DNA of 64,000 nucleotides from a bacterium (lineage in GTDB: Bacteria; UBA8248): the NCBI GenBank assembly GCA_965219955.1, contig OZ244799.1, forward strand, positions 3,648,001-3,712,000. The letters run 5' to 3'. The notes beneath the pieces are model-generated. The model ran no database searches and had not been told where the DNA came from. It saw nothing but the letters and a program-made list of their open reading frames with translations. Positions 31,335 through 41,547 of this stretch are shown one piece after another. Both the position numbers and the translations under genes were made by a program. Position 1 is the stretch's first letter. Every line of letters starts with the position of its first letter.

Positions 31335-31580
31335 TCAATTAGACGTGCGGCGGAGAACCAGGGCCTCGACGACCTCGGCCGCCTCTGGTGTCTCTTCCGC
31401 CGAATAGGGCGGGTCTCCGTGCCGTCCATCCCACTCATGCTTCCCCGTGTTCAGGCATATCTTCGCTATGGATATCCGCCCAGGCGTCAGGTCGTCGTAG
31501 CCGTTTTCGTAGCCGTTCACCACGACGCGCAGGCCGGCGGGATATTCCTGAAGCAGTTCGACCAACTCACCGACCAACAT
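31335..31580 (-). CDS. Hypothetical protein (81 aa)
   Basis: RBS GAGGAG; VVVNGYENGYDD. Confidence 0.65.
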   Translation of the reverse strand: MLVGELVELLQEYPAGLRVVVNGYENGYDDLTPGRISIAKICLNTGKHEWDGRHGDPPYSAEETPEAAEVVEALVLRRTSN

Positions 31581-31591
31581 CTACGCTCTCC

Positions 31592-31699
31592 TCACATCGG
31601 GAATCCCAACGTCTTCAGGTTCCCGGCGATGGCGGCGTCCAGCCTCACGCCCTCTTTCTGCCGCTCGCGCCATGGTTCCTTCGTCTCGGTTGTCAGGCG
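31592..31699 (-). pseudogene. 3' remnant resembling a type I R-M HsdM C-terminus
   Basis: WRERQKEGVRLDAAIAGNLKTLGF*, with an in-frame stop just upstream. Confidence 0.5.
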
Positions 31700-31974
31700 T
31701 CATCGGTGGATATGTCATTTGCCGCAGGGCAGTTTACAAACCGGGGCGACCCTTGTCATCCGGTAAATTCGGTGAGCCGAAAGCGGTATTGCTCGCTGAG
31801 TCTGGTTGTATTCGTTCGAACAGGAAAAAGGGAGCAGATAACATGAGCTTGAGGGTTTCTGATCATTTTACCCCGCGCAGGCAGAGGCTATGGATCTTGC
31901 GCGAATATGAAACCATGAGTCAATCGGCAAGATTCTCGCTCATTGGCCGGCAACCCCTCCCTCCTCAGTCGGAA

Positions 31975-32638
31975 TTAACCCCCCAACCCCCCTTGTCGGC
32001 GCTGTTGAAAAAACCTGTTTCGGGATCGGCGGCAAGGAGGTTCACGCGGTGCAGACGTGATGGTTTTGTAGCAGGACAACCCAAAAGGGTTGTCCTGGCC
32101 TCCGTGCCTGTCCTGCTCTTCATGGTTGTCCTTCGTCAGGACAGGCACGGAGGCCTGTCCCTACAGCGAACAATCTCGAAGGTCGGACAGGGCTTTTTCA
32201 ACAGCCTCTCCTCGCTCGGGTTTTATCCCACCTGTTCCACGATACGCCGTGGATATTTCGCCTTAAGGTCGGGAATTTTTCTCATCCGCAAGGCAGGGCG
32301 GTTCGCGAACCCCGGACAGGCGCAGGGGCCTGTCCGGCTACGGGCGAATGCGGTTTTGCTCGTCATTCCGGCAATCAATGCCGACCGGGGAGGGAGGGAT
32401 TGCCCGGAATCCATTTGCGGGCGCGGGTGAATACGCGGCGGTGTTCCATTCCCCGCCGATGCGCGGGAACCCGGGCGAAAGGCAAAAGGCATAAAAATGG
32501 ATTCCGGCTTTCGCCGGAATGACGGTGAACGCTCTCGATTGGGGGAGTCAACAAGCCCTTGTCGGGGGACAGGGGGTTGGTTTTCCAGTCGAGAGGGGTG
32601 CCCCTCTACCCTCTGAAAGGAACCTTTTCAACAACCCC
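31975..32638. mobile_element. Nested composite MITE/REP element
   Basis: Insert 31998-32558 flanked by TTGTC duplication inside a CCCCTTGTC-GGGGG palindrome. Confidence 0.7.
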
Positions 32639-32997
32639 GCCCCGCTCGCGATGGATCGCGCATTTCCCCGCAATTGCCGTACCCGGGTTTTCGCGTGGAT
32701 GGGCGAGAATCTCCCGCGCGCGGGCGAGAGCGTGTTCCCCGCGATTCGGGGAGGGAGAACATGGAGAGGGCGGTTCGGGGTGAGGCGGGAAGCGCAAACG
32801 CTCCTTTCCCGGCGGCGCCAGACGCCCGCTCCCCGCGCGCGGTTCGTCTCCCGCTGCCGCCGGATGCGGCCAAAGGGAATTTCCGGAAAATACGGTAAAA
32901 TAAGATAAATTTAGATAAATTCACGATGTTTTCCGGTAAATAAATGAAAAGTTATCTCATTGATATATATGGAGTTAAGTTAAAACTTCCCTGTGGA

Positions 32998-33026
32998 TTG
33001 ACACCCGGGAAGCCCCTTTTTACTAT
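32998..33026 (+). promoter_or_regulatory. Sigma70 promoter of the cytochrome c' gene
   Basis: TTGACA-17 nt-TACTAT with AT-rich upstream region. Confidence 0.7.
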
Positions 33027-33065
33027 GGGGGATTCTCGGGATGAGGCGGCGGCCGCCGGTGAGGA

Positions 33066-33542
33066 GTGGATATGCGAGTCGGGAGATGGTTGTGCGCGCT
33101 GGGTTGCGTGGTGTTGATGGCGGTGTTTTTTCTTCCCTCCTTTTCCGCAGGCCAGGACGAGCAGACGCTGCGCGGAGTGCAAAGGGTGCGCGTGCGCACG
33201 ATGAAGAGCATCAGCCGCGCGATGCGCCGGGTCAAGGTGTATACGAAAAAGGCGAACTACAAGCGCGTCGCGGCGGCGGCGGAGGAAATCGCGCTGCTCT
33301 CGGCGGCGATTCCATTCCTGAGCCCCGAGGGCAGCGCCTTCGGCAAGACGCGGATCAAGGCGGAAGTCTGGAGCCGGTTCGACGATTACACGAAAATCGC
33401 CAGGGATTCGGCCCAGATCGCGAGAGAGGTCGCCAAAGCGGCCGGGGCGAAGGACAAGGCGGGCGTCTTGAAGGCGTTCAGCGCCCTGTCGGACAGCTGT
33501 ACGCAGTGCCACAAGCCGTACCGCAAGAAGAAAAGAAAATAG
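33066..33542 (+). CDS. Class II cytochrome c (cytochrome c')
   Basis: Signal peptide, helical, TRIKAEVW, C-terminal CTQCHKPYR. Confidence 0.85.
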   Translation: MDMRVGRWLCALGCVVLMAVFFLPSFSAGQDEQTLRGVQRVRVRTMKSISRAMRRVKVYTKKANYKRVAAAAEEIALLSAAIPFLSPEGSAFGKTRIKAEVWSRFDDYTKIARDSAQIAREVAKAAGAKDKAGVLKAFSALSDSCTQCHKPYRKKKRK

Positions 33543-33579
33543 ACCCGGCTCTCTTCCATCAACAGATTCGAGGACGCGC

Positions 33580-34455
33580 TTGACGACCCGGCCCACCATT
33601 CCCGGGCCCGACCCGGACACGAAACCGCCGAGTTTCAAGGCTCCCGCAGGAGCGGCGGATTGTCATTTCCACGTCTTCGGGCCCGAGGCGGAATACCCCT
33701 ACGCGGAGCCCAGACGCTATACGCCCCCTCAGGTGCTGGAGAGCGACTACCGGGAGATGGCCGATGTTCTCGGCCTCGCGCGGGGCGTCGTGGTGCAGGC
33801 GAGCCCCTACGGCGCGGACAACGCGAGAGTGCTCGAGGCGATTCGCGTCCTGGGGCCGGGCTACGTGGGCGTCGGCGTGGTGGATGCGGACGCCTCAGAA
33901 GAAAGGCTCGATGAGTTGAACCGGCTGGGGGTCCGGGGAGCGCGCATCAACTCGGCCTCGGGCGGCAGAAGCGGAATCGAGCGGATGGGTGAGCTTGCCG
34001 CCAGAATCAAGGATTTCGGCTGGCACATGCAGTTTCACATACACGCTGAACAGTTGGCTGAACTGGAGCCCGAGATAAGAAAATTGCCGGTCGACGCCGT
34101 TTTCGACCACATGGGTCTTTTCCCCGCGGATATGCCGCTCACCCACCCTGATTTCAGGCTGCTGCTGCGCTTGCTCGAAAGCGGAAACGCGTGGGTGAAG
34201 CTGAGCGGCGCCGAGCGGATTTCCAGGAGCGGCCCTCCCTACCGCGACGTCGTCCCCGTGGCGCGCGCCCTGATCGACGCCGCGCCCGAGCGGGTGGTGT
34301 GGGGCACGGATTGGCCCCATACGAACGTGAAGCCCGCGATTCCCAACGACGGCGATCTGATGAACCTTCTCGCGGAATTCGCGCCCGATGAGAGGACGCG
34401 CCGGAAGATACTGGTGGAGAACCCTTGCGCGCTCTACGGGTTCGGTGAGCCGTAA
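33580..34455 (+). CDS. Amidohydrolase family (2-pyrone-4,6-dicarboxylate lactonase-like)
   Basis: DCHFHVFG, VQASPYGADN, DHMG, WGTDWPH. Confidence 0.9.
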   Translation: MTTRPTIPGPDPDTKPPSFKAPAGAADCHFHVFGPEAEYPYAEPRRYTPPQVLESDYREMADVLGLARGVVVQASPYGADNARVLEAIRVLGPGYVGVGVVDADASEERLDELNRLGVRGARINSASGGRSGIERMGELAARIKDFGWHMQFHIHAEQLAELEPEIRKLPVDAVFDHMGLFPADMPLTHPDFRLLLRLLESGNAWVKLSGAERISRSGPPYRDVVPVARALIDAAPERVVWGTDWPHTNVKPAIPNDGDLMNLLAEFAPDERTRRKILVENPCALYGFGEP

Positions 34456-34531
34456 TACCCCTGAGACGGAGTTGACGGGAAAATCCTGATTCCGTGATTT
34501 GGCGAATGCAGTCGAGCGGAAAAGGGGGTCC

Positions 34532-34850
34532 GTAGGGGCGGTTCGCGAACCGCCCCTACAATGCGGATACGGTTATTTTTCGTCGTTCCGGTGTCGGACC
34601 TGACCAAGGCGGGGTTGTGGAAGAATCCCTTCGCTCGGAATTGACCATCACCGTCATTCCGGCGAAAGCCGGAATCCATTTTCAAGCAGAATGACAATAC
34701 TCCGGCTTTCCATCTCCCCGTCATTGGCGGGAATCAATCAGAAAAAAAAACCAAAGGCAAACAAATGGATTCCGGCTTTCGCCGGAATGACGAACAAAAC
34801 CGCACTGCCTCGTAGCAGGGAGCAGGCCCCGTGCCTGTCCGTGGCCCCTG
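34532..34850. repeat. Intergenic REP cluster between convergent genes
   Basis: GTAGGGGCGGTTCGCGAACCGCCCCTAC and inverted GTCATTCCGGCGAAAGCCGGAATCC pair. Confidence 0.75.
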
Positions 34851-34851
34851 G

Positions 34852-36303
34852 TCAGCTCCCCAGTTTCTCCCGGAGTATTTCCTGCAAGGCCCTGGGGTTG
34901 GCCTTGCCCCCGGTCGCCTTCATCGCCTGGCCGACGAAAAAGCCCATGAGCTTCGTTTTTCCGCCCTGGTAGGCTTCGACTTCTTCGGGGTTCGACGCAA
35001 TCACATCTTCCGCGACGCTCTCGATGGCGCCCGTGTCCGTGATCTGCCTGAGCCCCTTCTCCTCCACGATGGTTTCGGGGTCTTGTCCGCTCTCCGCCAC
35101 CTGGTCGAATACGGTCTTCGCGATTTTTCCGCTGATGGTGCCGTCGTCGATGAGCGAGATCATTTTCGCCAGCCGCTCAGGCGTTACAGGGCATTCCTCG
35201 ATGGTGATTTTCCGTTCGTTCAACAGGCGCAAGACATCGCCCATCACCCAGTTGCTCGCCGATTTGGCCAGTCCTGCTCCGGCAGCTTCTACGACCCGGT
35301 CGAAATAGGCGGCCAGTTCCTTCTCCGCCGTCAGCACTTCCGCGTCGTATCGGGGGAGGCCGAACTCCTCCCGAAAGCGCTTGCTTTTCGCGTCGGGCAG
35401 CTCCGGCATTTGCGCGCGGACTTCATCGAGCCATTCCGCATCCACGGTGAGCGGCACCAGATCGGGGTCCGGGAAATAGCGGTAGTCATGCGCGTATTCC
35501 TTCGACCGCATGCCCCGCGTCACGCCGGCGGATTCATCCCAAAGCCGGGTCTCCTGATGGATGGCGCCGCCGGAATCGAGGACTTCGCGCTGGCGCTTTT
35601 CCTCGTACTCGAGCGCCCTTCGGAGGTGCCTGAAAGAATTCATGTTCTTGATTTCGACTTTTTCGCCGAATTTCTCCGACCCTTGCGGCCTGAGGGAGAT
35701 GTTGGCGTCGCACCGCAAGCTGCCTTCCTGCATGTTGCCGTCGGATATCCCCAGGTAGCGTACCAGGGTCCTGAGCTTCCTCATGTAGGATTCGGCGTCT
35801 TCGGGGTTTCTGAGTTCCGGCTCCGAGACGATTTCGAGCAACGGCACGCCGGCTCGGTTCAGATCGGAATAAGAATGTTCCGGATCTCCCAGTTCGTCGC
35901 CATGAATCAGCTTGCCGGCGTCTTCTTCCATATGGATTCTCGTGAGGTTGATGCTCACGTCCCGCCCGTCCCTGGTGACGAAATGAACGCTTCCCCCCGT
36001 GCAGATGGGCTCTTCGTATTGAGAGATTTGATATCCTTTTGGGAGATCCGGATAGAAATAATGTTTACGGGCGAACCGGCAGACCGGCGCGATATCCGCC
36101 CCGACGGACAGCCCGAGCCTCAGGGTGTATTCTATGACTTGCCGGTTCAGAACCGGCAAGACACCGGGCAGCCCGAGGTCTACCGTGCAGGTGTGTTCAT
36201 TCGGGTCCCCCCCGAATGCGGCGCTCGAAGCGCAGAATATTTTACTTTTCGTATTCAACTGGGCGTGTACTTCAAGGCCGATAACCGTTTCGTATGCCAT
36301 CAT
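34852..36303 (-). CDS. gatB: Asp/Glu-tRNA amidotransferase subunit B
   Basis: IGLEVHAQL, YFYPDLPKGYQISQ, HMEEDAGK, DYRYFPDPDL. Confidence 0.98.
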   Translation of the reverse strand: MMAYETVIGLEVHAQLNTKSKIFCASSAAFGGDPNEHTCTVDLGLPGVLPVLNRQVIEYTLRLGLSVGADIAPVCRFARKHYFYPDLPKGYQISQYEEPICTGGSVHFVTRDGRDVSINLTRIHMEEDAGKLIHGDELGDPEHSYSDLNRAGVPLLEIVSEPELRNPEDAESYMRKLRTLVRYLGISDGNMQEGSLRCDANISLRPQGSEKFGEKVEIKNMNSFRHLRRALEYEEKRQREVLDSGGAIHQETRLWDESAGVTRGMRSKEYAHDYRYFPDPDLVPLTVDAEWLDEVRAQMPELPDAKSKRFREEFGLPRYDAEVLTAEKELAAYFDRVVEAAGAGLAKSASNWVMGDVLRLLNERKITIEECPVTPERLAKMISLIDDGTISGKIAKTVFDQVAESGQDPETIVEEKGLRQITDTGAIESVAEDVIASNPEEVEAYQGGKTKLMGFFVGQAMKATGGKANPRALQEILREKLGS

Positions 36304-36325
36304 CTCCCTCAGTCAAAAGCGTGGA

Positions 36326-37804
36326 TCATAGAGGTGGGAGTGCTTCGTGATGCGTTGTCGCTCTTTCGAATGCCGCCGCTGCCTGGAGAATCGTTTTCTC
36401 GGCAAATGGTTTTCCGACCAATTGAAGCCCAATCGGCAACCCTCCCGAGGTGAATCCGCAAGGCTGACTGGTGCCGGGAAGGCCGGCCAGGTTACAAGGT
36501 ATCGTTAAAATATCAGACAGATACATGCTGATGGGGTCATCGAGGCGCTCTCCTATCTCGAAAGCGGGAGTCGGGGCCGTGGCCGACAGCACCACGTCGA
36601 CATTTTCGAACGCGGCCTTGAAATCCTGGCAAATGAGTGTACGGACCTTTTGCGCTTTCGTATAGAAAGCGTCGTAATATCCGGAAGACAGCGCATAGGT
36701 GCCGAGCATGATTCGGCGTTTCACCTCGTCACCAAAGCCGTTTTCCCGGCTGGCCGCGTACATCCCGAATAATGAACCGAATGTGGAATCCCCCTTTTTA
36801 CGCACACCAAAGCGAACCCCGTCGTAACGCGCCAGGTTGCTGCTCGCCTCTGCGGGGGCGAGGATGTAATAGACAGGCAGGGCGTATTCGGTGTGAGGGA
36901 GAGAAATTTCATGAATTTCCGCTCCTTGCTCCTCGAAGACGGCAATGGCCTCTCGGACCGCTGTCTCGACCTCGGGGTCCATCCCCTCGATGAAGTATTC
37001 TTTTGGAATGCCGATTTTCATGCTATCAACTCCGGCTTCCAGGTCATCCGTGTAATCAGGAACCGGTTCATCGGCTGAAGTGGAATCACGAGGGTCGTGA
37101 CCGCTAACGGCGCCCAGCAGAATGGCCGCGTCTTGAATGTTATTTGCAAAAGGCCCGATCTGGTCCAGAGAACTGGCGAAGGCGATGAGACCATAGCGCG
37201 AAATTCGTCCGTAAGTGGGCTTCATGCCCACGACGCCGCAGCAGGCGGCCGGCTGGCGTATGGAGCCCCCGGTATCCGAACCCAGGGAGACGACGCAGGA
37301 CCGCGCCGCAACCGCGGCGGCGGACCCCCCGCTGCTTCCTCCCGGGATGGTTTTCAGGTTCCATGGATTGTGGGTCGGTCCGAACGCGCTCTGCTCGCAC
37401 GATGAACCCATGGCGAATTCGTCCATGTTCAATTTGCCGAGTATGACCGCCCCCGCCTTCTTCAACCGGGCCACGACGGTGGCGTCGTACGGGGCTTCGA
37501 AATTCTCCAGGAACCGGGAAGCACAAGTGGTCTTGGTACCCTTCATGCACAGAAGGTCTTTTACGGCTACGGGGATTCCCAGAAGGGGAGAATCATCGTT
37601 TCCGGCGCCGATTTTCGCATCGGCGGCGCGGGCGGCGCCGATGGCCTCGTCCTCGAGAACGCTCAAATAGGCGCGCACTCTCTCCTCCGTCTCGCCGATG
37701 CGTTCGAGATAAGCCCTGGTCAGTTCCTCCGCGCTGAATTCCCTTGCTCTCAGGTTCTCCAGGATTTCCGCGATGCCGAGTTGAAGCAGTTCGTTCATTC
37801 GCAC
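36326..37804 (-). CDS. gatA: Asp/Glu-tRNA amidotransferase subunit A
   Basis: [42 protein letters not shown]. Confidence 0.98.
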   Translation of the reverse strand: MRMNELLQLGIAEILENLRAREFSAEELTRAYLERIGETEERVRAYLSVLEDEAIGAARAADAKIGAGNDDSPLLGIPVAVKDLLCMKGTKTTCASRFLENFEAPYDATVVARLKKAGAVILGKLNMDEFAMGSSCEQSAFGPTHNPWNLKTIPGGSSGGSAAAVAARSCVVSLGSDTGGSIRQPAACCGVVGMKPTYGRISRYGLIAFASSLDQIGPFANNIQDAAILLGAVSGHDPRDSTSADEPVPDYTDDLEAGVDSMKIGIPKEYFIEGMDPEVETAVREAIAVFEEQGAEIHEISLPHTEYALPVYYILAPAEASSNLARYDGVRFGVRKKGDSTFGSLFGMYAASRENGFGDEVKRRIMLGTYALSSGYYDAFYTKAQKVRTLICQDFKAAFENVDVVLSATAPTPAFEIGERLDDPISMYLSDILTIPCNLAGLPGTSQPCGFTSGGLPIGLQLVGKPFAEKTILQAAAAFERATTHHEALPPL

Positions 37805-37977
37805 TCCTCGTCCGTGTGTCCGTTAATGCGTCTTGAATCGAGAGAAAACACCACGGGAGGCCTGCTCGTCAAACCCGCGCCGCCAGAATTTTCCGCGGGC
37901 ACAGGATAAGAGCCGGTTCCCCCCGGGAGTAACCGGCCATCCACCCGGCTCTTGCGGGCGCGGGCGTTCGATTTCCC

Positions 37978-38730
37978 TCATGGGCTGCTCAGCAAAAAAG
38001 TGGCGTAGCCGAGAATCTGCTTTCCGCCGCCGTCATGGTAGACCTCGAGGTCTTGCTGCCAGCTGTCCAGTACGTCCTGGGCTTCGCGTGAATCCGCATA
38101 TTCAAGCCGGTTCTCGATAATGGAGCGCGCCTGGGGGGCCAGAAAGGATTCCCAAGCGGTTTCCGATTCGTGCTCCACGAATTCGACGTCATATCCCTGT
38201 TCCGTAAGGTGGCCCCGGAATTCCTCCACGTCAATCGGTTCGCAGGGCAGGTAGGCGTCGAGCCATCTCGCCAGTCGTTCGGAATCGACGTCTTCCTCTT
38301 CGGGTTTCCAGACCAGGCCGGAAAAGGCGACCCATCCCCCGGGCTTCACTATCCGGGTTAAACTCCTTAGCTTGCTTGCGCTGCCCGAAGGGTAAGCGGG
38401 TCCGCACAAAAGCGCCAGATCGAAGTAGCCGTCGTCGAAGGGAAAATTATCGCCCGAATGCGTCAGCAAATCGATGAGATGGGACAGGTCTTCGAATAAA
38501 ATTCGCCGCCTTCCATCTTCCACGAACTCGGGGCGATCATCGAGGCCGATTGCCGAACACCCGAACATCCGTGCGAGTGAAATGACGCTTCCCCCCTTGC
38601 CGCACGATGCGTCGAACACCAGAAGATCCGCCGACAAGCCGATGTGCTCGCCAATCTTTTTGAGAGTATCTACCGATATGGGAGCGAGGAAGTGGTTGTG
38701 TTTGAAACGCTCGAATAAGTCGGGTTGCAT
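37978..38730 (-). CDS. Class I SAM-dependent methyltransferase
   Basis: VFDASCGKG, PFDDGYFDL, IVKPGG. Confidence 0.85.
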   Translation of the reverse strand: MQPDLFERFKHNHFLAPISVDTLKKIGEHIGLSADLLVFDASCGKGGSVISLARMFGCSAIGLDDRPEFVEDGRRRILFEDLSHLIDLLTHSGDNFPFDDGYFDLALLCGPAYPSGSASKLRSLTRIVKPGGWVAFSGLVWKPEEEDVDSERLARWLDAYLPCEPIDVEEFRGHLTEQGYDVEFVEHESETAWESFLAPQARSIIENRLEYADSREAQDVLDSWQQDLEVYHDGGGKQILGYATFLLSSP

Positions 38731-38751
38731 GAAACGGGCTGTGAGCCGGTC

Positions 38752-38859
38752 TTAAAAAATCGAGAGGCCGATTAAGTCGAGCATCAGGATAAGCGTGCTC
38801 AAGCCCAGGATTCCACCGATGATGAGGGCCAACAATCCGAAAAGTTTTCCGTACACCAT
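38752..38859 (-). CDS. Small single-TM membrane peptide (35 aa)
   Basis: MVYGKLFGLLALIIGGILGLSTLILMLDLIGLSIF; RBS AGGGAG; fills the gap in a co-oriented operon. Confidence 0.55.
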   Translation of the reverse strand: MVYGKLFGLLALIIGGILGLSTLILMLDLIGLSIF

Positions 38860-38890
38860 GACTGCTTTCTCCCTACCATTAGAACAACGG

Positions 38891-39814
38891 CTATTTCTTT
38901 TTGCCTTTTCCCTTCGTGGATATTTTGGCAGGCTGCGACTTGCTGATCTGCATGAATACCTTGCCATCCTTCAATATGGTAACACCTCCCGTCGATTCGC
39001 TGATAGCGAACGATATGGCCGTGCTTACTTCCGTTATACCCGCTCCGGCCATATGACGCGAACCCAGCCCCGGGGGCAAATCATTTTCAGGTGCCGCGTT
39101 CAGGTGTCTGCCGGCGGCTTCGATGATTCCATCTCCTCGAATGACGAATGCGCCGTCAATGGCGCTGAATTCCTTGATGGTTTCGCGCAGGGCCGGATCC
39201 ATGATGTTTCTTTGCTCTTCCGGGTATCCATGAAAGGGATTGATGACGAGTTGGCGTGAATACTGGAGCACGAGATCATGGTCTCCCAGAACGAAAAGCG
39301 CGCCGCGGGGTCTTCCCTCCCGCCCTTCGGCGCCGAGTTCGAGAGCGAGCGACAGGACCGTTTCGAACACCTTCGGATCTACGCCTTCAACGGCGCTTTG
39401 CGTTTCCGATGTCTGGAGCATTTCTTTTTCGCGGTCCAGATGAAACACCATGAGCGTGTCGATTTCTTCGTTCTCGGGCAAGCCCGAGAGGCAAACCACG
39501 GTGTCGTTCTGCGTGATGGAGCCTTCGCTCAAGGCGATTACGACGCCCATCTTGATGATGTCGATACGGTTCAGGGACAAGGCGGGCAATTGCAATACCT
39601 TGCAATCCCGTTTTTCCAATTCCTCGTAGAGATCAGGGGAGCAGGTGGTGGTGAAATGCTCCACGCCGACGGGGAGATCCATCAAGGCGTCCAGATCCTT
39701 CATCGCGTCCGCGTGAATGAAAACGGCCTTGGCCTCCAGTTCGTTGCAGATTTGCGAAGCCGCGGCGATGATGCTTTCACTGAGACCGGCTTGTTTTTCG
39801 ATCGCTGCTCTCAC
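38891..39814 (-). CDS. Diadenylate cyclase (DisA_N domain, DacZ-like architecture)
   Basis: EGREG..GALFV, IDGAF, GLGSRHMAG, ISESTG; N-terminal regulatory domain. Confidence 0.85.
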   Translation of the reverse strand: MRAAIEKQAGLSESIIAAASQICNELEAKAVFIHADAMKDLDALMDLPVGVEHFTTTCSPDLYEELEKRDCKVLQLPALSLNRIDIIKMGVVIALSEGSITQNDTVVCLSGLPENEEIDTLMVFHLDREKEMLQTSETQSAVEGVDPKVFETVLSLALELGAEGREGRPRGALFVLGDHDLVLQYSRQLVINPFHGYPEEQRNIMDPALRETIKEFSAIDGAFVIRGDGIIEAAGRHLNAAPENDLPPGLGSRHMAGAGITEVSTAISFAISESTGGVTILKDGKVFMQISKSQPAKISTKGKGKKK

Positions 39815-39816
39815 CT

Positions 39817-41352
39817 TTACCCCTTTCCTTCCAGCGCCACGTAGAAAGTCGTGCCGCGCCGCTCGACTACCAGCAAATTTCCTTTGTTTTCTGCTTTTTT
39901 CAGCGCTTCTCGCAACTGGTTCGTATTGGCAATCGCTTTGCGGTTGGCTTCCACAATGACGTCACCCCGGCGTAAACCGGCCACAGCTGCGGGACTATCC
40001 GGCAATACGTTGGAGATGACAACGCCTTTCTTGGCTTTTGCCCCAATCTGCTTTCTGATTTCAGGAGTCAGGTTTTGCCCCTCGATGCCCAGTTTTTTCT
40101 GAAGTGCGGGTTTTGATGCTTTCGCCAGTTCCTCCGTCGATCCTGGTAACTTGCCGACTTGAATTTTGATGTCATGTTTTTTGCCGTCCCGTACGATGCC
40201 GATTTTAGCGGTAGAGCCCGGTTCCAGGTCGGCCGCGGCAAGGGAGAGTTGACGGGGGTTTTCAATATTTCTCTCATTTATGCTTACGATCACGTCGCCC
40301 CTTTTAATGCCGGCTTTTTCTGCAGGCGCATTTTCGATCACGTTAGAGACCAGAGCGCCCCGGGTTTCTTTCAGGCTTAATTCTTTTGCCAGATTTTCAT
40401 TGACGGGTTGAATGGATACACCCAGAAATCCACGGGTTACCACTCCCTTGCGAAGCTGGGGGAGTAGTTTCTTCGCTATATTGATCGGTATGGCGAAACC
40501 AATACCGATATTACCGCCGCCTCTGCTGAAAATTGCGGTGTTGATGCCCACGACGTTTCCTTTTAAATCGAAGAGGGGCCCGCCACTGTTTCCCGGATTG
40601 ATGGAGGCGTCGGTTTGAATAAAATTATCGAATCGGCTAGAGCCGATGACGCGCCCTTTGGCGCTCACGATTCCGGCCGTCACCGTGTGGGATAATCCGA
40701 AAGGATTTCCTATAGCCATAACCCAATCGCCCACGCGAAGTTTTTCGCTGTCCCCGAGCTTCACCGCGGTGAAAGTATCCCCGGGTTTCGTTTCTACCTG
40801 GAGTAGCGCGATGTCGGTTTGGGGGTCGCGGCCCACGACCTTCGCTTTTCGTTTCTTTTGGTCGTTGAAGCGGACCGTTATTTTTGATGCGTTTTCGACA
40901 ACGTGATTATTCGTTACGACAAGTCCGGTATCGGTCACGATGAAGCCCGAGCCCATGTTCTGCTGTCTGGGCTGTGGGCGCAAGCCGCCACGAGGTCCGC
41001 GGCGGAAGGGTCCTTCATGAAAACGCCTGAAAAATTCGTTCCACAAATCTCCAGGAAATTCACCTCTTGAACTCGTTTCCACCTTTGTTTCCGTACTGAT
41101 ATTCACCACGGCTGGGCTTAATTTTTCTGCCAACCCGGCCAGGGATGGCAGCTTCCCCGCACTGACTGCGGATTGGGCGGTTATCGGCGTGAGAAGCAAG
41201 GCCGAACCAAACAATATCGTGATGATGAGGAAGGTTGAGCCCAACGATTTGAATTTTGAAGGATAAAGAGAATTCCGCATTTTTTTCCCTTCTCTATGCA
41301 TCAAATGTACTGGCGGCAACAAACACCACATCACTGGTTTTAGATATACCAA
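39817..41352 (-). CDS. degP: Do/DegP-family serine protease with two PDZ domains
   Basis: TNNHV, DIALL, IQTDASINPGNSGGP; start may be downstream (MRNS). Confidence 0.92.
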   Translation of the reverse strand: MVYLKPVMWCLLPPVHLMHREGKKMRNSLYPSKFKSLGSTFLIITILFGSALLLTPITAQSAVSAGKLPSLAGLAEKLSPAVVNISTETKVETSSRGEFPGDLWNEFFRRFHEGPFRRGPRGGLRPQPRQQNMGSGFIVTDTGLVVTNNHVVENASKITVRFNDQKKRKAKVVGRDPQTDIALLQVETKPGDTFTAVKLGDSEKLRVGDWVMAIGNPFGLSHTVTAGIVSAKGRVIGSSRFDNFIQTDASINPGNSGGPLFDLKGNVVGINTAIFSRGGGNIGIGFAIPINIAKKLLPQLRKGVVTRGFLGVSIQPVNENLAKELSLKETRGALVSNVIENAPAEKAGIKRGDVIVSINERNIENPRQLSLAAADLEPGSTAKIGIVRDGKKHDIKIQVGKLPGSTEELAKASKPALQKKLGIEGQNLTPEIRKQIGAKAKKGVVISNVLPDSPAAVAGLRRGDVIVEANRKAIANTNQLREALKKAENKGNLLVVERRGTTFYVALEGKG

Positions 41353-41547
41353 AGTTCCATCTGTGTGAAAATCGGCAAATAGCTGAAAAAAGCTTGATTA
41401 TTGTTTTGTGCAGATTCAATTGGCGGGAATGGCGTTATTCTCGGGCCGATCACATCGACGCGGGGCGAGTGGAGGGATATTCTCTCCACCGTCAGGAAGA
41501 ATCCGGCCACGGCGTCACCCTGGAGAGTTTCTTGAAATGATGAACGC

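Noticed and set aside
10404-34850. Repeats as a CRISPR array or integron attC cassettes
   Set aside because: Inverted rather than regularly spaced direct repeats, no cas or intI gene, and the flanking genes are ordinary metabolic genes.
34831-36453. 540-aa ORF opposite gatB, and similar long overlapping ORFs (2428-3498, 7058-8185, 9299-10384, 41913-43313)
   Set aside because: Typical high-GC shadow frames with no recognisable motifs.
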